A stretch of 64,000 bases of DNA from Eledone cirrhosa (GCA_964016885.1 OZ024743.1:327112001-327176000), one strand, 5' to 3'; counted from the first letter of the stretch, positions 10,574-23,410 are shown. Numbers and translations: made by a program. The notes: generated by a model from the sequence alone, not told the origin.

Positions 10574-13275
10574 GGACATATGTGTGCAGTGTGTTCCTCC
10601 TCTTCGTGGAGCTGAGTGCTGGACGGACCACCGCCTGGTACGCAAAAAAGTGAAACTAATCACTAAACATAAAATCTGGGCTCCTGGTGTTGCCCTGCCC
10701 AAAAGATTGAATGCTGCTTGTCTTAAGGATAAAAATGTGAAGAAGACATTGGAAGAAGAGATGCAGGCTGCAGATCTTGGTGAGGATTGGCCGACCCTTA
10801 AAAAGTCGGGTTATGATGTGGGCAGGCGTGTTCTGGGATTGGTGCAGAAAAAACATCAAGACTGGTTTAATGAGAATGATGTACATATAGAAGACTTGTT
10901 GGCTGATAAGAAGCATGCTGTCACGTTACTTGACGGCAAAACCACAGGAGAGGAATACGTTGCATGAGGAACTCAAGGATGTAAAATCACGTGTCTTTCT
11001 CAGATGAAGGATCAGTGGTGGGGTGAGAAGGCTGGTGAGATACAAACTGTGTCAGATTCCAATAACACAAAGCTGTTGTACAGTCTCTTGCGTGAGGTTT
11101 ATGGACCGTCTTCTTCTCTGGTGACACTGCTTCGCAGCAGGGATGGCAAAGAACTTCTTCGTGACTCACAAGGAATTCTACGAAGGTGGTGAGAGCACTT
11201 TGATGATCTTTTGAATCAGCCGTCTGTCGTCAGTGAAGATTTCCTCAATCTCATTCCAGAAAGTCCTGTGAAAGTAGCTCTCGCAGAACCTCCGACACTT
11301 GTGGAGGTTGCAGTGGCTATCTCGAAGCTGAACAGTGGAAGGTCTCCAGGTATGGATGGCGTACATGCTGAGCTCCTACAATATGATGGTGAGAGACGCC
11401 TGCAACATCTTCACTCTTTGTTTGGCAGGATATGGGCTAATGAATCCGTACCCGAGGACTGGAGAGATGCAGTAATGGTGGTCTTGTACAAGGGAAAGGG
11501 TAACAGGAATGATTGTGGGAACTACAGAGGTATATCATTGCTTTCTGTCGTAGGGAAAGTTTTATGTAGGGTGCTTCTGGACCGTCTGTTGACACACATT
11601 GCAGATTGTGTTCTTCATGAAAGTCAATCTGGTTTTCGTGCTGGACGCGGCACTACTGATACGATCTTCTCAGCTAGACAGCTCCAGGAGAAGTGCATGG
11701 AACAAGGTTTGGATCTGTATCAGATTTTTGTCGATCTGACAAAAGCTTTTGATACTGTTAACAGAGATGCATTATGGAAGGTTCTCCAGAAACTTGGTTG
11801 CCCTGATAACTTCCTTGCTTTAGTTAGGTCTTTCCATGACGACATGAAGGCTTGGGTTAATGTCGGAGGTAACATGTCGGAGCCTATCTCAGTAAAAAAT
11901 GGAGTGAAACAGGGGGATATTCCAGCACCGACCCTGTTTGCCATATACTTTGCAATGGTTTTCTGTATTGCATTCAGGAATTGTGAGCATGGTGTTTACA
12001 TCCGATATCGACCCTCAGGCAGCATATTTAACATCAGGCGCTTTGCTGCAAAGACAAAAGTATTTACATCAATCATAAGAGACCTCTTGTACGCAGATGA
12101 TTGCGATCTTGTAGCGCACACAGAGAGTGATATGCAGCACAATCTGAATGCATTTTCTGACGCTTGCACTGCCCTAGGATTGACTGTCAGTTTCAAGAAA
12201 ACTGTTGTCATGTACCAACCTGCCCCTGGTAAGCAGTACACTGAACCAAATATCTATGTGTATGGTAAACGACTTGGAGTGGTTGATCAGTTTGTCTACC
12301 TGGGAAGCACTGTCAATCGATACAGCAACCTTGACAGTGAAATCTCACTTAGGATTAGGAAAGCAAGTGATGCTTTCGGAAAGCTAGAAAGGCGACTCTG
12401 GGGTCAGCGAGACATATGGAGGAGGACAAAGGTAAAGGTCTACAAGGCATGTGTGCTCTCTTGTCTTCTTTATGCCTGTGAGACCTGGGTCACATATCGA
12501 CACCACTTTAAGCAATTGGAGTTTCCATCAGATGTGTCTCAGACGGATCCATGGCGTTCACTGGAAGGACCACATCAGTGATATCGAGATTTTGGAAAGT
12601 TCTATGTGTGACAGTATAGAAGCTCCTGTGCTTAAGCAACGACTCCGTTGGAGTGGTCACCTTGCCAGGATGAAGGATTCTAGAGTACCAAAACAACTCT
12701 TTTATGGAGAGTTGGTTAAAGGAAAACGACCGCCACATAAACCAAAAAAAAGGTATAAGGATTCCTTGAAAGCCTCTTTGAAAGACGCTAACATCTCTGC
12801 TGATAAATGGGAAAATATTGCTGCTGATCGTAATAAATGGAGAAAGACTGTATATGAGGGAAAAGTTGCCTTTGAGGCATCTCGAATCGCATACGAGAAA
12901 GTAAAGCGGAATGTGAGGAAGGGTATTGCTGTTGCACTTCCAGACGGCGAGGGTCCTCCTATGGTGCTGACATGCAGCGTCTGTGCGAGACTCTGCCTAA
13001 GCAAAGCTGCACTCGAAAGTCATCTTCGCAGTCATAAAGTAAGACCAGTGGTTGACTACCAGGCTGCTGTTGGAGATGCTACTCATCATGCTTGCCAAAC
13101 ATGTGGTAGAGAATGTAAATCAGTAGGAGGGCTCAAGCGACATGCAAAAGTACATGAACTCCAACCACAGCCGGCTATTCCCAGCGAATGTTTTGGTTGC
13201 CGACTGTGCAAGACATTTTAGATCATTGGCTGGGCTAAGAAGCCACATTCGATCGCTGCGCTGCTAGTTGCTATC
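10574..13275 (+). mobile_element. RTE family B (BovB-like) LINE, 5'-truncated, with C-terminal C2H2 zinc fingers
   Basis: EN end RGAECWTDHRLV, linker HQDWFNEND, RT FVDLTKAFDTV / GVKQG / YADD, thumb RLRWSGHLARM. Fingers CSVC..HLRSH and CQTC..HAKVH. Several stops and frameshifts. Confidence 0.9.
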
Positions 13276-13380
13276 GTGCGTGTGTGTATAGATATGTTTA
13301 TGTGTGTGCGTGTGTGTGTATATATATATATGTATATGTATATTATTCTTCAAATTTAATATTATTACTATATATATATA

Positions 13381-13415
<35 letters not shown>

Positions 13416-13455
13416 GTGTGTGCATATATGTGTGTATATATATATATGTGTGTGT

Positions 13456-14383
13456 CATCATCATCATCATCATCGTTTAACGTCCATCTTCCACGCTTGC
13501 ATGGGTTTGAATGGGAGTTTTCCCATTTGAGGCAAGATTGGTTGTCCTGCTCGTATAGGACTGTCTGGCGGGTTTTCTACGGCTGGATGCCCTTCCTAAC
13601 ACCAACCACATTAACAGTGTGGACTGGGAGGTTTTTACCGTGTTACCTACACGGCCACATTACTGCGTGGACTGTGTGTTTTTTGTCGTGACACCTACAC
13701 AACCTCATTTGTTTCGGACTGGATGTTGTGGTACCAACATAACTTCACATTTAAAGGGGTGGTGTGGATGGGGTGGGGGTAGTGGGACGGTGGTGTATTT
13801 TGTTAGAGGTGCTTACAGACTGTAGGTTTCGCTTTGTACTTAGGCAAGGCGGGTCTTCTGTATAACTGTGTAGCGCCAAAGATCTCGGTCCAATGACATT
13901 GTCTTGGAGAGGTCTAAGTGTGTGAGGTCGGAATTTATCAAGTCATCCCAGGTTTTTCTGGGTCTGCCTACTCCGTGGCTACCGTCTATTTTTATCGCCC
14001 TGCACTTTTTTATGCAGCTGTCGTCTTTCATGCGCATTACGTGACCGTACGAACGTAGTCTTCTCTCGAGTAAACAACATCTGATCCCTCTTATTCCTAA
14101 TTTCTCCCTTAATTCATTTATGCTTTGCCGTTCACGTATATTACTATTACACATCCAGCGGAGCATGCAAGCTTCGTTTCTCTCCAGTCTGCGTATATCC
14201 TCTGCACACAATGCTCAGGTCTCACTGCCATGTAACATCGCTGTTCGTATGCAGGCATCATACAGCTTGCCTTTCATTTTTAGAGAGAACCCTTTAGCGG
14301 CCAATAGTGGTATAAGCTCTCTGAACTTTTTCCATCCCGTTCTGACTCTAGCTACTGTACTTTCAGAGCACCCTCCCCCACTG
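13456..14383 (-). mobile_element. 5'-truncated RTE family A copy
   Basis: ORFs 13840-14211 and 14215-14445, 3' UTR, tail at 13456. (TA)n on both sides. Confidence 0.92.
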
Positions 14384-14420
14384 TTATATATATATATATG
14401 TATGTGTGTATATATATATA

Positions 14421-16604
14421 TCATCATCATCATCGTCATCATCAACGTTTAACGTCTGTGTTCCACGCTTGCATGGGTTTGGACGGGGGTAGTCCCACTT
14501 GAGGCAAGAGTGATTGTCTTGCTCGCATAGGACTGTCTAGCAGGTTTTCTACAGTTGGATGCCCTTCCTAACACCAACCACATTTACAGTGTGGGTCTGG
14601 GAGGTTTTTACCGTGTTGCCTACACGGCCACATTACAGTGTGGACTGTGTGTTTTTTTGTCGTGACACCTACACGATCTCATTTGTTTCGGCCTATGGCG
14701 CGGCACCAACATAACTTTACATAGAACGGGGTGGTGTGGATGGGGTGGGGGTGGTGGTGGTGGGACGGGGTGTATTTTGTTAGAGATGCCTACTGGTTGG
14801 AGTAGGTTTTACTATATATTTAGGTAAGGCGGGTCTTCTCTGTTACTGAGTACCGCCAAAGGTCTCGGTCCAGTGACATTGTCTTGGAGAGGTGTAAGTG
14901 TGTGATGTCGGAGTTTATCAGCTCGTCCCAGGTTTTTCTAGGTCTGCCTATTCCGTGACTACCGTCTATCTTTATTGCCCTGCACTTTGTTATACAGCTA
15001 TCGACTTTCATGCGCATCACGTGTCCATACCAACGTAGCCTTCTCTCGAGTAAACAACATCTGATCCCTCTTATCTCTAATTTTTTCCTTAGTTCGTTTA
15101 TGCTTTGCCGTTCACGTATATTACTGTTACACATCCAGCGGAGCATGCAAGCTTTGTTCCTCTCTAGTCTGCGTATATCCTCTGCACACAATGCCCAGGT
15201 CTCACTGCCATGCAGCATTGCTGTTCGTATGCAGGCATCGTACAACCTGCCTTTCATTTTTAGGGAGAACCCTTTAGCAGCTAATAGTGGTATAAGCTCT
15301 CTGAACTTTTTCCAACCAGTTCTTACTCTAGCTACAGTACTTTCAGAGCACCCTCCCCCACTGCTGATTTTATCGCCCAGGTAACGGAAGTTGTCCACTA
15401 TTTCTATAGAACCCTCTGCGCAATTGAAAGAGCTAGTATTTTGTGGGCACTTGCTGCTACTTATTGCACCAGAACACCGGCCACATGTAAAATCTATGTT
15501 CTTAGTTAGCTTACCTGTGATCCCACTACATCTTTTATGCACCCATACTTTGCATTTAGGACATAAAATGGAGTTTCTACCTACGCCTTTCCTACACACC
15601 GAGCACGACCATTTCCCAGAAGGGACCGCCGCCTTGTTTTCTTTCCTACAAACTAGAACTTTGGTCTTAGCCAGGTTAATTTTAAGTCCTTTTGACTCTA
15701 GGCCGTGCTTCCATGTTTGGAATTTCTTCTCTAGCTCGGCCATTGATTCCGCTATGAGTGTCAGGTCGTCTGCGTATAGGAGTTCCCATGGGCAGCCTGT
15801 CTTGAACTCCTCTGTTATGGCCTGAAGGGCAATAATAAATAGTAGGGGGCTGAGAACAGAGCCCTGATGGACGCCAACTTTTACGCTAAACTCTTCACTA
15901 TATTCGTTGTTAATTCTAACCTTGCTGACTGTTTCTTTATACATGGCTTGTATAGCCCTCACAAGCCATTCATCAACGCCTAGTTTTCTAAGAGCCCACC
16001 AGATAATGGAGCGGGGGACTCTGTCGAAGGCTTTCTCCAAGTCGACAAAAGCTAAGTAGAGGGGTTTACCTTTAGCTAGGTACTTCTCCTGTAGTTGTCG
16101 TACTATGAAAAGAGCGTCTGTGGTACTTTTGCCTGACACAAACCCGAACTGCATTTCATCTAGGTCGATTCTCTCTCTGATTAGTTGCGCTATTACTTTT
16201 TCCGTGACCTTCATGACCTGGTCGATTAATTTAATGCCTCTATAGTTACTCCTATCTAGGGCGTCTCCTTTACCCTTATAACAGTTAACGATGATGCTGC
16301 TATGCCAGTCCTTCAGAACAACCCCATTCTGTACGACTTGGTTAACTATGCGGGTGACCATGGTGTGTCCCACCGAACCAGATGCCTTCAGCATCTCAGC
16401 AACTATTTCCGAAGGCCCAGCCGCCTTACCCGTCTTCATATCCTTGATTGCCTTACTTATTATACTCCCCTCGACTAACACTGCTGGTCCCTCTATTGGG
16501 TCGATATGGGGGAGACTGTCTTTCTCCCATTTATTCTCCTCATTTAGTAGCCTTTCGTAGTGACACTTCCAAGCTACCTTCTTATCAGCGTCGGTGATGG
16601 CAAG
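14421..16604 (-). mobile_element. 5'-truncated RTE family A copy with an uninterrupted RT-to-C-terminus ORF (14820-16481)
   Basis: 553-aa open frame with all RT motifs, the PHD-like insertion and thumb. 3' UTR and tail present. Confidence 0.95.
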
Positions 16605-16801
16605 TGTGTGTGTATATCATCATCATCGTTTAACGTCTATCTTCCACGCTTGCATGGGTTTGGACGGGACACACATATATGTGTGTGTGTATATATATAT
16701 ATATATGTGTTTGTGTATATCATCACCATCGTTTAAGGTCTATCTTCCATGCTTGCATGGATTTGGACGGGATATATATATATATATATAGTGTCTGTGT
16801 G

Positions 16802-16846
<45 letters not shown>

Positions 16847-16857
16847 TTGTATATATA

Positions 16858-19829
16858 TCATCATCACCGTTTTACGTCCGTTCTTCCACGCTAGCATGGG
16901 TTAGACGGGTTGTCCTGTTGTGTGCAGTGTCTGGTCGGCTGACCATGCCTTGCTCATACAGGAACTGATCTGGCTTGATTTCGACAGCTGGATGCCCTTC
17001 CTAACACCAACCTCATTTACAGTGAGTGCTGGGTGCTTTTTCGTGGCGCCTACACGTCCACTTTACAGTGTGGGCTGGGTGCTTTTTTGCCGTGGCACCT
17101 CCACGACCACCTTGCGGTGGGGGGGGGGGGGGGGGGGGGGGCATATTGTTTATATGCTTCAGCATGTACCCATGGGAGGTCGGGTACCCTGTATTACTGC
17201 GTGACGCCAGAAGTCACGGTCGTGTGTCATTGACTTTGAGAGGTGTAGTTGGGTAAGGTCGGCTTTTATCACCTCATCCCAAGTCATCTTGGGTCTCCCC
17301 ACTCCGCGGTATCCATCAACTTCTAGTGCTCTGCACCTTTTTATGCAGCTGTCATCCTTCATACGCATCACATGTCCATACCAGCGTAACCGCCTCTCCT
17401 GCACGCAGCATTTGATTCCTCTTATGCTCAGTCTCTCTCTCAATTCCTTTATGCTTTGTCGTTCACGTATATTACTGTTACACATCCATCGGAGCATGCA
17501 GGCTTCGTTTCTCTCTAATCTACGTAAGTCTTCCACCTTCAGCGCCCAGGTCTCACTACCATGCAACATCGCTGTTCGGATACACGCATCATACAGTCTG
17601 CCTTTCATTCTGAGGGAGAAGCCTTTTGCAGCTAGCAGTGGTAGTAGTTCCCTAAACTTCTTCCATCCCGTTCTTACCCTAGTTATTGTACTTTCTGAGC
17701 ACCCACCTCCGTTGCTAATTCGGTCACCTAGGTAGCAGAAGCTGTCTACTGTTTCTACAGGGCCCTCCCAGAGATTGGTGGTACTTGTTTCCTGTGGCTG
17801 TTTGCTTGCTGTTTCAGCACAGCTGCTGCATGTGAATCCTACATTCTTAATTAAGCTTCCTGAGATCCCGCTACATCTCTTGTGTACCCATTGTTTGCAT
17901 TTGGGGCAGAGAATGGAGTTCCTACCTACACCTTTCCTACATACTGAGCAAGGCCATTTCCCTGAGGGGATCTGGGTTCTGTTTTCTCGTCTACTTATAA
18001 GGACCTTAGTCTTTGTCATGTTGACTTTGAGGCCCTTTCTCTCTAGTCCCTGCTTCCAGGTTTGGAATTTCTTCTCTAGTTCTACCATAGATTCAGCTAT
18101 GAGTGCGAGGTCATCAGCATACAGGAGTTCCCATGGGCATCCGGTCTTAAACTCCTCCGTTATTGCCTGCAGGACTATGATGAACAGGAGAGGGCTAAGA
18201 ACAGAGCCCTGGTGGACCCCAACCTGTACGCTAAATTCCTCGCTATACTCATTGCCAATCCTAACTTTGCTGACTGCTCCCCTATACATGGCTTGTACCG
18301 CTTTCACAAGCCATTCATCTACTCCTAGTTTTCTAAGAGCCCACCAGATTACTGCACGTGGAACTCTGTCAAAGGCTTTCTCAAGGTCGACAAATGCCAA
18401 GTAGAGTGGCTTACTTTTAGCTAGGTACTTTTCCTGTAATTCCCTCACAAGGAAGAGGGCATCAGTGGTGCCTTTCCCTGGTACAAACCCAAATTGCATC
18501 TCGTCTATATTCACCCGGTCCCTAATCAGCTGTGCTATAACTCTTTCTGTTACTTTCATGACCTGGTCCATCAACTTTATACCTCTATAGTTTCCTCTAT
18601 CTAGTGCATCGCCTTTACCTTTGTAGCAGTTGACAATGATGCTACTGCACCAATCTTTTGGTATGGCCCCTTCTAGTATTACCTGGTTAACGATACGTGT
18701 GGTTATAGTGTGACCTACAGACCCAGATGCCTTCAGCATCTCGGCAGCTATACCCGATGGACCGGTTGCCTTCTCTATCTTCATATCTCTGATTGCCTTA
18801 CTTACTACGCTGCCGCTGACTTGTACTGCTGGTCCCTCTATAGGGTCTACGTGGGGTAGGGTCTCTTCTTCCCATGCATTCTCCTCATTTAGTAATCTAC
18901 CATAATGACTCTTCCATGCATCTTTCTTCTCAGCACTTGTGAGGGCAAGCTCACCTTTATCATTCCGGATACACTTCTCTCCAATGACATCACAACTATC
19001 TCTGACACACTGCCTCGCAATCTTGAATACCTCCCGTTTCTGGTCCTCACGTTGTAAAACATGCTTGAATTTTCTATCCTCTGCTTCCCTCCTAGCTAAG
19101 TATACTTGTCGCCTAGCTTCCCTCTTGGTCTCTATGTAATGTACTCTGCTCCCCCCGTTCTTCCATTCTTTCCATGCCTGTCTCTTGGCCTTGACTGCTT
19201 CATCTACCTTATTGTTCCACCACCAAGTCACTCTCCTCCTGCTTGAGGTCTTACTCCAGCCACAAACCTCATCCGTCGCCTCTAGTAAGTTATTTTTTAG
19301 GAACTCCCAGTTCTCTTCTACGTTAAATGTCTATCTGTTCTTCTTTACTGTCGTAGGCGTTGAGTAAAATATCTTTAAATCTGTTACTGGTTGAGGGGAC
19401 TTTCAGCTTCCAGATCTTTCTTCTCCAGGTTGGCCTCTGTTTCAGGGCTCGTCTAGTTCTGACCGTGAGGTCGCTGACAACTAAGCTATGTTGGGATGTA
19501 CATTCCTCACTAGGGAAGGCTTTTGTGTTTACGACCGTCCATCTGTCACGTCCTCTGATGAGGATAAAATCTAACTGACTAGAGTGCTCCCCTGATCTAT
19601 AGGTGATCAGGTGGTTGTCGGGTTTTTTAAACTTTGTGTTACATATCGACATGTCATTGGCGTCGCAGAATTCTAGAAGTCTGAATCCTTCCTCATTCCT
19701 TGTGCCAACTCCATGGCCTCCATGTACTCTATTGAAGCCGTCGCAGTGTTTACCTACGTGTCCGTTAAAATCTCCTGCAATGATTAGGAAGTCCTTGTCG
19801 TCTGTTAGAGCAGTAGTGTGTATTAGGGA
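16858..19829 (-). mobile_element. RTE family A, divergent subfamily, truncated within the endonuclease
   Basis: 690-aa ORF 17159-19231 plus EN part 19323-19652 (IAGDFNGHVG upstream, SQLDFIL, TSQH), joined by a frameshift near 19322. Distinct 3' UTR with a poly-G run. Confidence 0.93.
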
Positions 19830-19990
19830 CTATATATATATATATATGTGCGTGTGTGTGTATATATATATATATATCACCTTGAGCAACTAGTCTGTCG
19901 GGCGCCAATCGGCGCCGCTGGTCACAGCACGTCGTGCTGTTTTATCCATAAGATAACACCATCCCACTGGCTGGGCAGGCAGGCCATATA

Positions 19991-20143
19991 TCATCATTCA
20001 TCATCATCATCGTTTAACGTCCATCTTCCACGCTTGCATGGGTTTGGACGGGAGTTTTCCCACTTGAGGCAAGATTGGTTGTCCTGCTCGTATAGGACTG
20101 TCTGGCGGGTTTTCTACGGCTGGATGCCCTTCCTAACACCAAC
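19991..20143 (-). mobile_element. Short RTE family A 3' end; shorter tails at about 8613-8665, 16617-16668, 16720-16771
   Basis: CATCAT-CGTTTAACGTCCATCTTCCACGCTTGCATGGG motif identical to that in longer copies. Confidence 0.85.
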
Positions 20144-20593
20144 CATATATATGTATATGTGTGTATATATATATTTGCTCAATCGAACCTAGGTTGTATG
20201 GCAACAACCCCACATGATCATCAAGCAACCTTTTTCCCTGCTAGCAAGACACTACTGCAGAAACTAGACTAGATGAGAGAAATTTAAAGTAATATTCTAG
20301 CAATTATATCTTTGGTATTTTATTAACCCTTTTAATATTAAACTGCCTGAAACTAACTCTGGTTCTATAATGCTAACCATTTTAAATTGTTAATCTAAAA
20401 ACCTTCCATCATAATTTTATATAAGAATCTTTGTTAAGTTATGTTCCCAACTGCATCTTCAAAGTGAGAAGTAATATAACTATATCCCTCCAAATTCTTA
20501 GCATCTTGGGCAAGTCATTTACCATAACCTAGGGTTTTCCAATGAATGAAATTGGGTAGACAGAAACTGGAAGTTAGTCATATAGACTGTACA

Positions 20594-20880
20594 TTAACCG
20601 TTTAGCATTTACATTACTCTACATTTACTATTATATTTTCATGCTAAAGACTTTATCTCACATAATATAGAATCTATGAGACTTTGATATTTATTTTGAA
20701 AACAATACAATATCAGTATGAGCAGCCGGTTATGAGCAATACAATATCAGTATGAGCAGCCGGTTATGAGCAATACAATATCAGTATGAGCAGCCAGTTA
20801 TGAGCAAACTGGCTGGTTTGAACAGAAAGAGGCGAGAAAATTCTGGCCGGATACGGCCGGTTTAAATGCTAAAAGATCAA
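20594..20880. mobile_element. piggyBac-type MITE family 1; partial copies at about 22286-22330, 31392-31566, 52083-52285, 58103-58272
   Basis: Termini TTAA-CC(C/G)TTTAGCATTTA ... TAAATGCTAAA. The internal sequence recurs in the window. Confidence 0.6.
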
Positions 20881-22427
20881 TTCAAAGGGTTAACTTTGTC
20901 ACACACTGAATCTCACTGAGAATTACATTAAGAGCATGTGTCTCTGAAATGATCAACCACTTGCATGTTAATTTCACCATCAGATTGTTCTGTTGATTGA
21001 ACAACTAGAGAGTGCATCATCAAAACTAACGGGGTCCATCATTCGTTTGTTCATTTACACACAAGACACTAATGTTGACTATATCAAAGAGAAAGCAATT
21101 ATGAAATATCATACAGTATGGGTTTTCAATTCAATGCCAACAAAATACAAAATTTACCGATGACAGCTTGAAGAGATGAGATTAAATTTTAGACTGACTC
21201 AGATATTTAATTAATGTCTAAAAAGTAAACTGATATCTCTAGAACAGTTGTTTTCTTGTATCACAGCTAGCAGATAATCAAGTCCAGTGGCCTAGTAGTA
21301 TCATAAATTAATTGTAACATAGTGTTTTAAACTCTTAATGTCTTGTATTACATGAAATCACATTAGTCAGGCATTCTTGAAAAGTACAACAGCACTACAA
21401 CTGTATTACCTTAAAGTCTTTAATACTACAAATTTTCACAATGATCTGTCCACTAACAAAGATACTATAAACATTTTAATAACAAGCCTATTTTTAAACA
21501 TTTTCTGCTAAATCATTAGATATTAAGAGCTAAAATGTTATTGAATTCATAAATCATTAAAATTAACCATCAGCCAAAGATTTTGAAAACAAAAATAACT
21601 TTTAATAAAAAGATTTCTGAAAATTATTTTTCCTTAACATAATTTATGTCTGTTTTTGCATGCTCATATGTGTTGGACAGGTTGTTACAGATGAAGTTAG
21701 TACTTAATCGGATCTGTTTTGGCAAGGCTTCTACAGTTGGATGACCTTCTTATTATAACAATTGGTATAAGACAAGTGAAATGTATTCATAAAACACTAC
21801 TAAAGCCACTAGTTGAGTTAATGGATGACTACGTAGGGGGTGAACATTTTAAAGATATATGAAAGGTCAGAGAAAAATATTGAGATTAATCAGTATATCA
21901 TTGAATTGTAAAAAAAAAAAAACAACAACAGGCTTAAAATCTTCTAAAAAGACAGCATCAGTGGCTAGCAAGACTTTAGCATAGTGGTTAACACACTTGT
22001 CAAACATGTGAGAGATGCAGGGTACAATTCCTTGCAGCCACCTCTTTCTAATTATTTGTCTCCGATTTTCTCAACTATTATTTAATGTGCCAAATTATTA
22101 TGGTCCTTTGCATTAGGAAAACTACATTTCAAAAATATAAAAAATTTTTTTTTTGAAATTATAACAAAAATACATAAATGACAAACAAAAACACTACCAC
22201 AAAAAACAAAAGTTTTTTGAAAGAAGCTAAAATCAAAACTATATTGCCTTATACACACAAAGCAGATGCTGACAATGTCTGTATGTTTAACCCTTTAGCA
22301 TTTAAACCAGCTGTATCTAGCCAGAAGTTTGCTTCACAACCACATGTTCTGTCATCCTGCAAGGTACCTTGAGCAAATGTCTTCTACTATAGTCTCTGGC
22401 TGACTACTGCCTTAAGTTGGAAACTAA

Positions 22428-23410
22428 CATCATCATCACCGTTTTACGTCCATTCTTCCACGCTAGCATGGGTTAGATGGGTTGTCCTGTTGTTGGCAAT
22501 GCCAGGTCAGGTGATCATGTCTTGTTCATACGGGAACTGATTTTGGTTTGATCTCTATAGCTGGATGTCCTAACACCAACCTCATTTACAGTGAGTACTG
22601 GGTGCTTTTTTACCATGGCGCCTACATGACCACTTTACAGTGTGGGCAGTCCTGTGTCATCGCCTTTGAGAGGTGCAATTGGGCAAAGTCCGCTTTTATC
22701 ACCTCATTCCAGGTCTTCTTGTGTCTCCCCATTCCAAGGCTTTCATCGACTTTTAGTGTTCTGCACCTTTTTATGCAGCTGTCATCCTTCATACGCATCA
22801 CATGTCCATACCAACACAACCTCCTCTCCTGCACACAGCATTTGATTCCTTTTATGCTCAGTCTCTCTCTCAATTTGTTTATGCTTTGCCATCGGAGCAT
22901 GCAAGCTTCGTTTCTTTCTAATCTATGCAAGTCTTCTACACACAGCACCCAGGTCTCACTACCATGTAACATTGCTGTTCGTATGCATCATACAGTCTGC
23001 CTTTCATTTTGAGGGAAAAGCCTTTTGCAGCTAACAGTTGTAGTAGCTCCCTGAACTTCTTCCATCCCGTTCTTACCCTGGTTACTATACTTTCAGAACA
23101 TCCACCTCCGCTGTTTATTCGGTCACCTAGGTAGAAAAAGCTATCTACTGTTTCTACAGAGCCCTCCCAGAGTTTGATAGTGCTTGTTTCCTGTGGCCGT
23201 TTGCTTCTCACTATCATCACCATCGTTTAACATCCATCTTGCATGCTAGCATGGGTTAGACTGTTTTGTTCCATTCGATGCAGGAATGGTCGGGAGACCG
23301 TGTCTCGCTCATACAGAAGTGTCTCTGGCAGGTTTTCTATGGCTGGATGCCCTTCCTAACACGACCACCTTACAGTGTGGACTGGCTGCTTTTTGTTGTG
23401 TCAGTCCAAC
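22428..23410 (-). mobile_element. Decayed RTE family A 3' fragments
   Basis: ORFs 22622-22972 and 22936-23223 ([15 protein letters not shown]). Tails at 22428 and 23214. Confidence 0.85.

Noticed and set aside
15010-18404. Recurrent antisense ORFs over RT (e.g. 15391-15825, 17775-18404, 251-625)
   Set aside because: Shadow frames of the conserved sense ORF repeated in each copy; no independent motif.
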